From positions 1 through 64,000 of IMG/VR virus record IMGVR_UViG_3300035150_000015: a stretch of 64,000 nt of DNA. One strand, given 5' to 3'. The DNA comes from a virus. Made by a program: the position numbers and the translations under genes. The notes under the pieces are model-generated. The model was not told the DNA's origin, did not search any database, and saw nothing but the letters and a program-made list of their open reading frames with translations. Shown here piece after piece: positions 20,479 to 29,359 of this stretch (position 1 is the stretch's first letter; every line of letters starts with the position of its first letter).

Positions 20479-21516
20479 TTACTCCTCCTCTTCATACTCT
20501 TCCATAGCCAATACCAGCAAACCGGACGATACGGCAGTCAACGGATTAGTGGCGTGACGTACCTCAGAAATATCAATAGGGAAGTCCTTCTTGATACTTT
20601 CAAACTGGGCCTTGAATACATCCATGAACCCAGTGGCCAAACTCGTGCCCCCACTGACCACGAAGGGGATGGGGTCAGGGAGAGTAACATTCCCCGAGAC
20701 CTTCTTGAACTCAGACATGATTGCTTCCAAACAATAGTCAATGAGATTCGAGAGATAAAAGCCAATAGCCTCTTGCTCCCGAGAAGTGGGGTGGCCAAGG
20801 TCAGCTTCCTTCTCCTTGATGGCACAAATTTGGCTGGCCGTCTTGCCAGTAGCCTTGGCAGCACTCTTGTCCACCCAGTCTCCACCCCTAGCCACCGAAA
20901 AGCTCATGGCAATGCTAGCCTGGTAAAGTAGAGCAATGTTGCACATACCACTACCAAAACTCACAGCCAGACCCGAGAAATTGTCCTCGGCGCATTGGCT
21001 ATATACGATGGCCGAAGCCTCGTTCGTGGGATGCGGCGTATACCCATGAGTCTGGATGATTTTCCGGAAAACTTCCGTGTGATAAATGATATCCTGGTCT
21101 GGGTCATCCAACGGAGCTGCAGGTACACTGTAAAAACAGTGCTCATTGGAAATAGTTGGAGGCCCTAGAACCTTCTTGACCAGCAAACTCAAGATGCGCT
21201 GAGCATCGAGCTCCCCGGCGGAAATGACGCCCCGTTGGAGAGGCCTGCGAGCCTCACGACGGAAGAGATTGGCCATGGTCAGGGCGCTATCCCCAACGAC
21301 TACCAGGTTGTTTCCCTCCTGCACATAGTCCACCTTGGACAGCCTGAGGGATCGCTTGGCCGCCATGTCCAAATCCAAAAATGCGTCTCGAATCGGCGTA
21401 TGCTGCGGACCTTCGCTCTCGCTGCGGCGAGAGGAAATGATATTCATTGTTCCCACATCGAGCCCTACGCCGGGCAAATAATCGGATGGCCCCTTAGGAG
21501 CAGTTTTCTTACTCAT
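20479..21516 (-). CDS. actin-fold ATPase (MreB/MamK/ParM-like)
   Basis: GLDVGT (phosphate-1), NEA (connect-1), VSFGSG (phosphate-2), VVSGGTS (adenosine), AVSSG (connect-2). Confidence 0.85.
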   Translation of the reverse strand: MSKKTAPKGPSDYLPGVGLDVGTMNIISSRRSESEGPQHTPIRDAFLDLDMAAKRSLRLSKVDYVQEGNNLVVVGDSALTMANLFRREARRPLQRGVISAGELDAQRILSLLVKKVLGPPTISNEHCFYSVPAAPLDDPDQDIIYHTEVFRKIIQTHGYTPHPTNEASAIVYSQCAEDNFSGLAVSFGSGMCNIALLYQASIAMSFSVARGGDWVDKSAAKATGKTASQICAIKEKEADLGHPTSREQEAIGFYLSNLIDYCLEAIMSEFKKVSGNVTLPDPIPFVVSGGTSLATGFMDVFKAQFESIKKDFPIDISEVRHATNPLTAVSSGLLVLAMEEYEEEE

Positions 21517-21555
21517 TTTTCATCCTCTTTGTGTGTGTGTGTCTTGAAAGGTAAT

Positions 21556-22239
21556 TCAGCTCATGTAGTTATAGGCGTCTACCCGAGTTCTCTGTTGGAG
21601 AAGGTAGACGAAAGTCTCATGCAGGTCAGCCAACCCCTCAAGAAGATTGGAAATTCCGGGGGAAAGGGTGCTGTCCGATTCCATCACCTGGATAACCGAT
21701 TTGATCAGTCGTAAGCAGTTGAGCTCTCCTTGAAGGCTGCTTTCAACGTAGTTCAGGGTCGTGCCTTCCTCGTCGTTTTTGGACAGACCCAAAAGAATAC
21801 TGTGAATGATCTGGCCCTGAACCGCCGGCTCAATAGCCGCCACAGACTTTGACCCAACAGCCCTTTCGGCCACCTGGTCAATAAAGTCCTGGGACTGTTC
21901 GTAGAGCCGCTGGAACAAGAGGTGATCTCCGTAGTCCCCCATGGTATTCCAGTGGTGAATCTGATGGAGATGAGATAGAGCCTGAAGTAAACCTAGAAGG
22001 ATCGTGAGAGGGGATCTACCTCTGCCCTCAAGAGCTCGCCCCAAAGACTGAGTGTCATAATAGGCGGCCTTCTTGAGAAGGGGCTCAATTTCTTTCCGCT
22101 GAACGCTGGAGAGCTTCAGATAAGGAGGGCCGTCCTGAACTGCACTGTAGTCAGTGGGATCCTGCCAGACCTTATTGTCATCACCATGATGGTGGCAAGT
22201 ACCACCACAAGAACACTGTCCTTCACACGCACTCTTCAT
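21556..22239 (-). CDS. ferritin/Dps-like protein
   Basis: HQIHHW...GDHLLFQRLYE...DQVAER; Cys/His-rich N-terminus. Confidence 0.7.
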   Translation of the reverse strand: MKSACEGQCSCGGTCHHHGDDNKVWQDPTDYSAVQDGPPYLKLSSVQRKEIEPLLKKAAYYDTQSLGRALEGRGRSPLTILLGLLQALSHLHQIHHWNTMGDYGDHLLFQRLYEQSQDFIDQVAERAVGSKSVAAIEPAVQGQIIHSILLGLSKNDEEGTTLNYVESSLQGELNCLRLIKSVIQVMESDSTLSPGISNLLEGLADLHETFVYLLQQRTRVDAYNYMS

Positions 22240-22487
22240 TGCACTTTCCCGGGGGCATCAAAAGAAAGCTCAGGTTCAGGGATTGGAAAACCCTGATCAA
22301 GACACGCTAGCAGCCAGCTTTCAGCGGCAGACTCCAAATTTTGGAGGGCTTCATCAGCTGTTTCCCCTTCAGCAAAGCATCCAGGGAATTCCAACATCCT
22401 AGCAGAATACCCTCCGGTCTCATCCGGAACCAAAACTCTAGAATATGGCCGGGCTAGAATCCCAGAGACTCGCTCAGAATCGGTCAT
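22236..22487 (-). CDS. orphan HicB-like antitoxin
   Basis: GGYSARMLEFPGCFAEGETADEALQNL...PIPEP; no DNA-binding tail, no adjacent hicA. Confidence 0.85.
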   Translation of the reverse strand: MTDSERVSGILARPYSRVLVPDETGGYSARMLEFPGCFAEGETADEALQNLESAAESWLLACLDQGFPIPEPELSFDAPGKVQ

Positions 22488-23152
22488 TTTCCCCTCTTTT
22501 CCCGAAGGCTCTTCAGTTTCTTGGCCGCACCCAAAATGTCCTTATCCCCACCTGACCGACTCTCAAGCTCTATACTCACATCATCCGGCTGGACGTCCAT
22601 ACTCTGAATGAAGGCAGGCGTGTCATCGGCCACTCTAGAAGGGGCTTGGGGGGCTGCTGCCTGTTGGAAAGCTTCTGGAGCCATTACCACCGTATTGCTG
22701 GCTGGTCGACTCTCCAACCTTCTCAGAGTAGCTGTAATCTCATCCAATTGCTTCTGGACCCCATCACTCCTATCTCTCTCGAGCTCACGCTCTTTTTTCT
22801 GCTGCAAGCTCTCCTCTTGCTCTCTCCTCTTCTGCAGACGCCTCTTAGCCTCCACCAACTGCAACCTGAGACGCCGGTTCTCTTCTTCCAAAGCCACAGA
22901 CTTCTCAATCTGCGCTGACGGAACTACTGCGAACTTTTGAGCCTTTTTCACCACTGGAGCTCCTGCCTCTCTAGGGGCTCGACGAACAAACTTTCTCTGG
23001 AGGGCTATCTGCAGGTCTCTGGACTTAAGCACCTTTTCAACCGGAATGTTCACTGCTACATTGCAAGGTACCCCAACCTTGATGTCCTCCAAAAGATGAA
23101 TTCCACTGACATTTCCAATTACAGTAATGTCCCCTTGATTCTTGTTACTCAT
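22484..23152 (-). CDS. hypothetical coiled-coil protein
   Basis: 222-aa ORF coupled to neighbours by ATGA overlaps. Confidence 0.65.
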   Translation of the reverse strand: MSNKNQGDITVIGNVSGIHLLEDIKVGVPCNVAVNIPVEKVLKSRDLQIALQRKFVRRAPREAGAPVVKKAQKFAVVPSAQIEKSVALEEENRRLRLQLVEAKRRLQKRREQEESLQQKKERELERDRSDGVQKQLDEITATLRRLESRPASNTVVMAPEAFQQAAAPQAPSRVADDTPAFIQSMDVQPDDVSIELESRSGGDKDILGAAKKLKSLREKRGK

Positions 23153-23658
23153 CGTCCCCTGAATCCTGCTTTGAGTTGCTCTCGAATCATTGACTTGATT
23201 CGCTTCCGAATCTCCTTCCGAGCCTCTTTCCTGGCCCGATCAATGACTTTCGTCTTCGGCCTACCAGGATGGACCCAGCTCCCGTTAGCCATTGACTTAG
23301 GAGTAGCTGAACGGAAGATCAGTTCCCCGTCATCCGTCACAATTGGAATGGGGGCTCTAGCCTTGGTCAGCCACCGCATCTGCCCCTTCCTCTGCCCCTC
23401 AATTAAAGGACGGAAGGCCGGATGTTTGGCCTCCACAGTTACACTCTTGGGCCCCAGTCTAGCCTCGATCCCCTCAGACAAAGCCTTCTTAGCCTTGTCC
23501 GAAAAGGTTTCCTGGAGAATATTGGCCCGCAACCTCTTGAGAATTAGCTTCTTCAACGACTGGAGAACCCTCTCGGGCTTTAGCCTTTCCGCCTGGTCAG
23601 GCGAAAGAATGGGCTTGAGATTCACCCTTAAGATTTTAACATTAGGTGGCTTGAACAT
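23149..23658 (-). CDS. putative tail-completion / neck protein
   Basis: Basic 169-aa protein with FRSATPKS..WVHPG, in the neck cluster. Confidence 0.5.
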   Translation of the reverse strand: MFKPPNVKILRVNLKPILSPDQAERLKPERVLQSLKKLILKRLRANILQETFSDKAKKALSEGIEARLGPKSVTVEAKHPAFRPLIEGQRKGQMRWLTKARAPIPIVTDDGELIFRSATPKSMANGSWVHPGRPKTKVIDRARKEARKEIRKRIKSMIREQLKAGFRGR

Positions 23659-26274
23659 TCAGAAGGTGATATTCTCCCAGACCACAGTTCGGCCTCTGCG
23701 CTCCCTTTCATCGGGGATCCCGGACTTGTCTGTGATTTGGGCCGGAGCAGTGTCCGGTGGAATCATAGGCGCCAGCTGGTCTGCCACATAACGGGCTACA
23801 TCGTCGAGGGGGACTCGATACCGGATGTCCTGTTCATCCAAATGCCCGATATTGAAATGCTGCTGTAAAATCATTCCCCGATTCGTGGGCATCCTCACGG
23901 CCCCGATCGAGTAACGCTCCCCGTTGATCTTCACAATGAAGTCCCGCTGGCTCACCAAAGGCCTGGGACCCATCCAAACTTCGTAGCTATGCTCAACAGT
24001 CCTGCCGGAATCTCTCTGTGTGATTCGACGCTCTCCGTCATCCGGAGCAATGATGATATCGTACGGGCCCTCAAATCCACCAAGTATCCCAGTGCCGAAG
24101 CAGTTATGTACCACTACTCCTTGAACAACATAAGTATGGTCACCTTCAACCTCAAGATTGTACACCAAGCCTTCGTAGGGGACTGTATCGATGGAACGAA
24201 TTTTAGTCAGCTGTTTACCCCCGTAGGCCCATCGACCTTTTCGATTGCTCTTCTGAAATCCAGTACCAGCCCAATTCACACAATAAGCCAACTTTCTAGG
24301 ATTTCCACTTGGTGCTGCAGGCCCCTTCTGTCTTCGAATCAAAGGCTGCTCACCCATTCGATGCAAAATCTCAGAGATCTGCAAAGACAGAATTTCTGAA
24401 GTCTGGGTAATTTCCGACCCGCCCTTCCATCCATCCCCATCGTAAATTCCTTGGAGAAGGAATCTCTGCTTATCAGGAGGAAGCCTCATAAACTCCTCAG
24501 GAATGTGCTTATTTTCACACCCACGCCCCAACCAAGTAGGAAACCAATCCGACAGATTCGAGCCATTCACATGAACCTGAACACCGTTTTCCCCACTTGG
24601 ACTGATGGATGAAGAATACCCATGATTCTTAAAGTAGGACGTTATCCTACTCTGGAAGTCTTTCTCTTCAGCATGAAGGGAAAAAGTCAGTGATCGAGAG
24701 CTAGAACTCCCTTCTGCCAGATACATACCCACGACCCAAAGGAAATCCTCCCCTACCGTGAAGCTAGTGGCACCTTGTCTCTCAGGCCCAAACTTAGATT
24801 GCTTGCGGAATTTCGAAGGAACTCCAATAGTATCCAGGTCCTCCACCACCGAAGGCCACTGAGAAACCAACCACCCACCTTTATTTAGTTCCTCTGCAGG
24901 TAACCATTCAAAAGAATGACACTTCTTGTGTTCTAGCCTATACGTACAAATAGCCTCTTCAGCTTCCTCTTTAGTGCGATAAGTGCCCAGACTTACCCTC
25001 ATCCCTCTGGTGCCACCCCCAACTCTAGCCCACCATCTACCACTCGGTAAAAGACGAACACTCGGGGGTCCTGAACGAAGGGTATCCTTCATTTCACCAC
25101 ATACTTTAGGCCCACAACCTAGAGCATTGTGATGATGCCCCACCAAAGAATAAAAGGGATGCTCTGGGGTCGCCAGAACAGGGTTGGCCGATACTGTCGG
25201 AAGAACTTTGATCAAATTACCCTTGAAGACTCTCTCGAATAGCTTCGTCACTCTCCGAAAGTCCCCCTTCGATGTCAGAACCTTTTCCCCCACTCGAATC
25301 TGATCAATAGGCTGATACCCAGATTCCGTTCTAACCAGAGACCCAGGAGGAAAACACAAAGTGCAGTCACTCTGGGGTTGCTTGTAGGAAACCTTTTGGA
25401 TGCAGTGACATTGCTGTCCTACGGCCTTCCGAAGAAAAGCTTTGACCCGCTCCCCGCCTTGAGCCAGAATCCACTGGTTTCTCCGAACCGCCTCACGCCA
25501 AATGTAGTCAAGCTTCTCGATCTCGAAATTACTGGTGGCTGCCGCGTACTCGAGAGGGGTCTCTACTAGGTCCTCCGGCTGAACTTCCGAGAGGGGGAGG
25601 TTGATTGGGACCCCGACCGTGGTGACACGGTAGAAAACCCGCTGAGACAAGTCCGTTCGAAGTAAAGAACGATTGTAGCGGTAAGTTACTGTTACCACAC
25701 TGTTTTCTTGTGGGACCACTGGAGTACTTAAAGACTGAGTGGCCACTTCTGGATACCAGTTGGGATCCAGCTCAATCTCCCCCGAAGGCCCATCGACACG
25801 AAGAACTCGAGCCTGCACCCCATCCACCTTGACAATGACCTCAGAAGCCCTGTGCTCCGGGACCGCTTGCGAGCCCGACTGCACAATGGGCCTTTGCTCG
25901 GTCCTGAAGACGTACCTGGGGGCGTCTAACTCACTGGCGGAGCACACCCCCCAGAGCACCCAACGGTCATCAGAGACGACCTCATCGACCACTACAACAT
26001 TGTCCGTTTGGTCCCTCCAGAAGATAGCTCCCACCGGAAGGTCTGTGATCCTCTCAAAGGGGCCGTACTCTGAATCGAAAGACCGATAAATATTGACCCC
26101 GTAGATAGAGAACCGTGAATTCAGAGCCAAAGAGGAGGGGTCATCCCACACCAAATCATACACCCCCGCCAAATACCCACTCGTTAGGAACAGATTGAGA
26201 GGGGGAACAGGCCATGTGACTTTCTCAAGCTCGAGTTGGTCAATTGGCCGGTCTCGATTCGTAGCGTATGGCAT
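23659..26274 (-). CDS. virion neck/head-closure-like protein containing an intein
   Basis: 871-aa precursor, 453 aa after splicing; splicing restores CHC...CTLCFGTG. Confidence 0.65.
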   Translation of the reverse strand: MPYATNRDRPIDQLELEKVTWPVPPLNLFLTSGYLAGVYDLVWDDPSSLALNSRFSIYGVNIYRSFDSEYGPFERITDLPVGAIFWRDQTDNVVVVDEVVSDDRWVLWGVCSASELDAPRYVFRTEQRPIVQSGSQAVPEHRASEVIVKVDGVQARVLRVDGPSGEIELDPNWYPEVATQSLSTPVVPQENSVVTVTYRYNRSLLRTDLSQRVFYRVTTVGVPINLPLSEVQPEDLVETPLEYAAATSNFEIEKLDYIWREAVRRNQWILAQGGERVKAFLRKAVGQQCHCIQKVSYKQPQSDCTLCFPPGSLVRTESGYQPIDQIRVGEKVLTSKGDFRRVTKLFERVFKGNLIKVLPTVSANPVLATPEHPFYSLVGHHHNALGCGPKVCGEMKDTLRSGPPSVRLLPSGRWWARVGGGTRGMRVSLGTYRTKEEAEEAICTYRLEHKKCHSFEWLPAEELNKGGWLVSQWPSVVEDLDTIGVPSKFRKQSKFGPERQGATSFTVGEDFLWVVGMYLAEGSSSSRSLTFSLHAEEKDFQSRITSYFKNHGYSSSISPSGENGVQVHVNGSNLSDWFPTWLGRGCENKHIPEEFMRLPPDKQRFLLQGIYDGDGWKGGSEITQTSEILSLQISEILHRMGEQPLIRRQKGPAAPSGNPRKLAYCVNWAGTGFQKSNRKGRWAYGGKQLTKIRSIDTVPYEGLVYNLEVEGDHTYVVQGVVVHNCFGTGILGGFEGPYDIIIAPDDGERRITQRDSGRTVEHSYEVWMGPRPLVSQRDFIVKINGERYSIGAVRMPTNRGMILQQHFNIGHLDEQDIRYRVPLDDVARYVADQLAPMIPPDTAPAQITDKSGIPDERERRGRTVVWENITF
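24103..25356 (-). mobile_element. cis intein (418 aa) with LAGLIDADG endonuclease and AP2-like insert
   Basis: CFPPGS start, ATPEHPF, VGMYLAEGS, LQGIYDGDG, VYNLEVEGDHTY, VVHN|C. Confidence 0.95.
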
Positions 26275-26307
26275 GGCTCTCTATAGAGGGAGAACCATAA
26301 GGGGAAA

Positions 26308-26640
26308 TCACTCCTCTTCTGGTTTCTCCGGGACCTCAGGTTTTGGTGGGGCCTCCTCAGGTTTTGGGGTGACAACATCCTCTTTTGGGACCAATTGCCG
26401 AGTATTGGCGTCGATGAACGCCTCCGCCGTAGGCTCCAATCCCCTCTCAACGAGGATTTGCTCGAACAGACGCTTGGACTGCTGATCTACTCTCTTGGAA
26501 GATGCCAAGATTTGAATCTTCTCGTGCTCCAGTTCCAGCAATTTCAGAGCCATCTGTTGTTTGGCGTCTCTCAGATTCACCAGCTGCTCAAAGAGCTCCT
26601 CAGAAACCGGATCGTTCACGGTAAGTTGTTTTTCAGCCAT
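26308..26640 (-). CDS. hypothetical coiled-coil protein
   Basis: 110-aa ORF. Confidence 0.6.
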   Translation of the reverse strand: MAEKQLTVNDPVSEELFEQLVNLRDAKQQMALKLLELEHEKIQILASSKRVDQQSKRLFEQILVERGLEPTAEAFIDANTRQLVPKEDVVTPKPEEAPPKPEVPEKPEEE

Positions 26641-26701
26641 GCCCCCCTATACACCAACTGGACTGAATGTCGCGACACAAACGCCCTAGAGCGGCTCAGT
26701 C

Positions 26702-26902
26702 TCACTCGGCTTGATCATCAACACTCAGAGCCTCCAGGCCCCCAGAAACGGTCAACTGTCGGACAATCTGTTCGCTGAGCTCCACTTCCTTATGCACCAC
26801 AGGAGAGTCCTCGGGGGAAACTACTCGAATTCGGAAAAGAGGCTCAACGATCTTCATCACAACCCAACAAACTTTCTGGGGCAAAATCCCCTCACTCATC
26901 AT
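26702..26902 (-). CDS. small hypothetical protein
   Basis: Short ORF overlapping the upstream stop; start uncertain. Confidence 0.35.
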   Translation of the reverse strand: MMSEGILPQKVCWVVMKIVEPLFRIRVVSPEDSPVVHKEVELSEQIVRQLTVSGGLEALSVDDQAE

Positions 26903-27062
26903 CAGCATATTGAGCAAAAGACCCTAGAAACACCACGGGTTTTTCCTTAGCACTCCGAATAGCCTCCCTAAGGTGTTGGAGACTCGAAGGAGAAAGAGGC
27001 TCACAAAAAACTTCCTCTTCCACAGAGTCTTGCTCTGAGTTCCTGTGGTGCTGGGCCTCCAT
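26892..27062 (-). CDS. small hypothetical protein (56 aa, not in ORF track)
   Basis: AAGGTGA RBS then MEAQHHRNSEQ...FLGSFAQYADDE*. Confidence 0.5.
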   Translation of the reverse strand: MEAQHHRNSEQDSVEEEVFCEPLSPSSLQHLREAIRSAKEKPVVFLGSFAQYADDE

Positions 27063-27077
27063 CAGTTCACCTTTTCC

Positions 27078-27707
27078 TTAGAACCCAATGAATTTACGGG
27101 GGGTCAGGACCCCAGATCCGGTGTGCGGCCCAAAGGCCGAACGTATCCCGATCCCATATCTAGGCTGCTGGAGCCCTTTGACAATCTTGACCGTCTGCTT
27201 GGCCCGCTCAAGCTGCTTGTCGAACTGGTCACTCATAGCCTGATACAGACTCTCGTACTTCGAGCTCTTGTCGATATCCAGTGAAACCCCTCCAATGGAG
27301 TACGAATTATGAGCTACAATGCCATTGGAAAGCACAAAGTTTTCCGGCCCAGGTACAGAAAGGTCATAGGAATTCTCTAAAGGATCGAGCTCCTCGGTGA
27401 GCAAAACTGGCTGAGAAGTCAATTCACCATCCAACACCACCGCCAATGAATCCCCAACTTTGAACTCATCAGTCAGAGTCTCCTCCAAAGTCCCATCTTC
27501 AGTCACTCTAAAAAGACTGTGATCTTCTGTGGCCACTACTTCCCCGGATTCAACAGTTACCCGGAAAGCCTTTTTGTGGGGGGTGCGATGTTTGAGCACA
27601 TCTCGTACCTTATGCCAATTAACCTTTCCATCAATTTCTACGGACTGGACTTCCAAATGTCCACACTTAAAGGCCTTTTTTATAGCACTTTTAGTCTCTT
27701 GATCCAT
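27078..27707 (-). CDS. split gene piece 3: C-intein 2 (134 aa) + C-extein (75 aa)
   Basis: VATEDHSLF (block B), SYDLSVPGPENF (block F), IVAHN|SYSIGG; no block A. Confidence 0.9.
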   Translation of the reverse strand: MDQETKSAIKKAFKCGHLEVQSVEIDGKVNWHKVRDVLKHRTPHKKAFRVTVESGEVVATEDHSLFRVTEDGTLEETLTDEFKVGDSLAVVLDGELTSQPVLLTEELDPLENSYDLSVPGPENFVLSNGIVAHNSYSIGGVSLDIDKSSKYESLYQAMSDQFDKQLERAKQTVKIVKGLQQPRYGIGIRSAFGPHTGSGVLTPRKFIGF

Positions 27708-28626
27708 GACAGGCCTCCTGAACTTGGCTTATACAGCCTTCTAAGTCTCCCCTAATAGAACACTCCTTCAACCGAACGACCTTCCAGCCCCTTTTCTCAA
27801 GGTAAGTCTGTTTCCTGATGTCCAAAGAGGCCATCTTAGGCTGAGGGGCATACCCACATTCAGTACACCCGTGCCAATAACAACCATCGACCTCTACCGC
27901 CACACGAAGTTCTGGATTAGCTTCATCTATCTCATAATATCCTACACGATGCTCTGTGAGGAAATCTCTTACCCCAGCTAAGTCTAGAGCCGATTTGAAT
28001 TCCAGGTGAAGTTTTGATGTCTTGGAATGATGTCTCCGAGCGTGGGCTGCCGAATCCAAAACGTGCTTCCGATTGTTCTCGACCCACTGCCTCTGCTTCT
28101 TTCTGAATGCAGGGTCTTCCCACATACGTCTGCTGCGCATTGAAGCAGCTTTTTTGAACTCTGGGTCCTGATTCAGAGACCTGAGGTGGGCAGCGGCCCT
28201 CCTCCCATACTCCCCAGCCTGCATTCTTTTAGAAGCCTCAGATATCTGCTTTTTGGTCTTCTGGCCAGCCTCTGTCTGAAACCTAGCCCTTAAGACCTCC
28301 GATTGATGCTCCTTCTGATCTTGGGTTTTGGCTATCCGCCTAGAGCAGAAATTAGATACATAAGTAGCATCGGGGTGTCGCATCTTATAGGCAGCAAGAG
28401 AATAACCACTACACATTTTCAAGTGTTTAGTGGTCAAGATAGAGCAAAAAGCTCCACACTCTACACACCGAACGTAATGCTCGCCCTCCACCATACAATG
28501 TGAGATAACGTCTACCTTATTCCTGAGACCAGAAGTCACCCTCACTGAAATCGCCCCCTCACCCACTAAGGAGTCGAAGGTCCTACTATTTAGGCCAAAC
28601 TTCAGCAGAAATTGACGTTTAGTCAT
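27691..28626 (-). CDS. Vsr/DUF559-like free-standing endonuclease within split intein 2
   Basis: YEIDEA..VAVEVDGCYWHGC..D.RKQTYLEKRGWKVVRLKEC; N-terminal zinc finger and helical repeats. Confidence 0.85.
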   Translation of the reverse strand: MTKRQFLLKFGLNSRTFDSLVGEGAISVRVTSGLRNKVDVISHCMVEGEHYVRCVECGAFCSILTTKHLKMCSGYSLAAYKMRHPDATYVSNFCSRRIAKTQDQKEHQSEVLRARFQTEAGQKTKKQISEASKRMQAGEYGRRAAAHLRSLNQDPEFKKAASMRSRRMWEDPAFRKKQRQWVENNRKHVLDSAAHARRHHSKTSKLHLEFKSALDLAGVRDFLTEHRVGYYEIDEANPELRVAVEVDGCYWHGCTECGYAPQPKMASLDIRKQTYLEKRGWKVVRLKECSIRGDLEGCISQVQEACHGSRD

Positions 28627-29359
28627 TGCAGATAGAATGTAGGTCCTGAAGGCTGATGTCAATCTCCCCCAGGTCTGGAGTCCGAACTCTCACTACAGAA
28701 TCCCCGGAAAGTGAAAACTCATCGGCTACCCAGTTCATCATCAAGGCAAAGATAGCGTGAAGCATGGCCCCATTCAGCAAGAGGGTCCTCCAGTCTGGAT
28801 AGCATCTAATCATAGACTGACAATTCGTGAAGACCGTCCGAGGGGGAGCCGCAGAAATCATGTCCAGAGACCTCAAGAGATACTCTTGGAGCTCGGCATC
28901 CTCCCAGATGTAACCAAATACCCGATTGAACTGCGAAACAGTGGTTTCGTGGGCAGGTGGCCTGAAGTGGTAGTTTCTATCGGGGGAATTTGATACAAGC
29001 ATCCCAGATTTCACCAGGAAAAAATTGTGCCAATCCTCAGCGGTAAGGTCATACATATACTGACGGGAAGGCAATCTCCTGACAGACACCACCGAAACCC
29101 CAGAAACCGAATCCCCCGAACAAAGCTTCTCCGCCTCAATCTTACTTGTAGGGGTGAGGAATACTCGGTGTCCTCCCGTGAGTACAGAAACTCCCTTAGA
29201 AGTAGCAACTTCTACTATGGTTTCAGGGCCTACTTCCGACCGACTGACTTCAAGAACCTTCTTCCAATCCAACTGTCCATCAGGCCCACAAGACTTCACC
29301 CTAAGCTTACCAGAAGCATAGGCAGCTCGAATTCTATCTCGTTGTACTTCGTTCAACAT
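28619..29359 (-). CDS. split gene piece 2: C-intein 1 + middle extein (91 aa) + N-intein 2 (31 aa)
   Basis: LTGGHRVF, MYDLTAEDWHNF, LVSN|SPDRNY (junction 28988/28987); WVADEF|SLSGDSVVRV (junction 28715/28714). Confidence 0.88.
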   Translation of the reverse strand: MLNEVQRDRIRAAYASGKLRVKSCGPDGQLDWKKVLEVSRSEVGPETIVEVATSKGVSVLTGGHRVFLTPTSKIEAEKLCSGDSVSGVSVVSVRRLPSRQYMYDLTAEDWHNFFLVKSGMLVSNSPDRNYHFRPPAHETTVSQFNRVFGYIWEDAELQEYLLRSLDMISAAPPRTVFTNCQSMIRCYPDWRTLLLNGAMLHAIFALMMNWVADEFSLSGDSVVRVRTPDLGEIDISLQDLHSICND

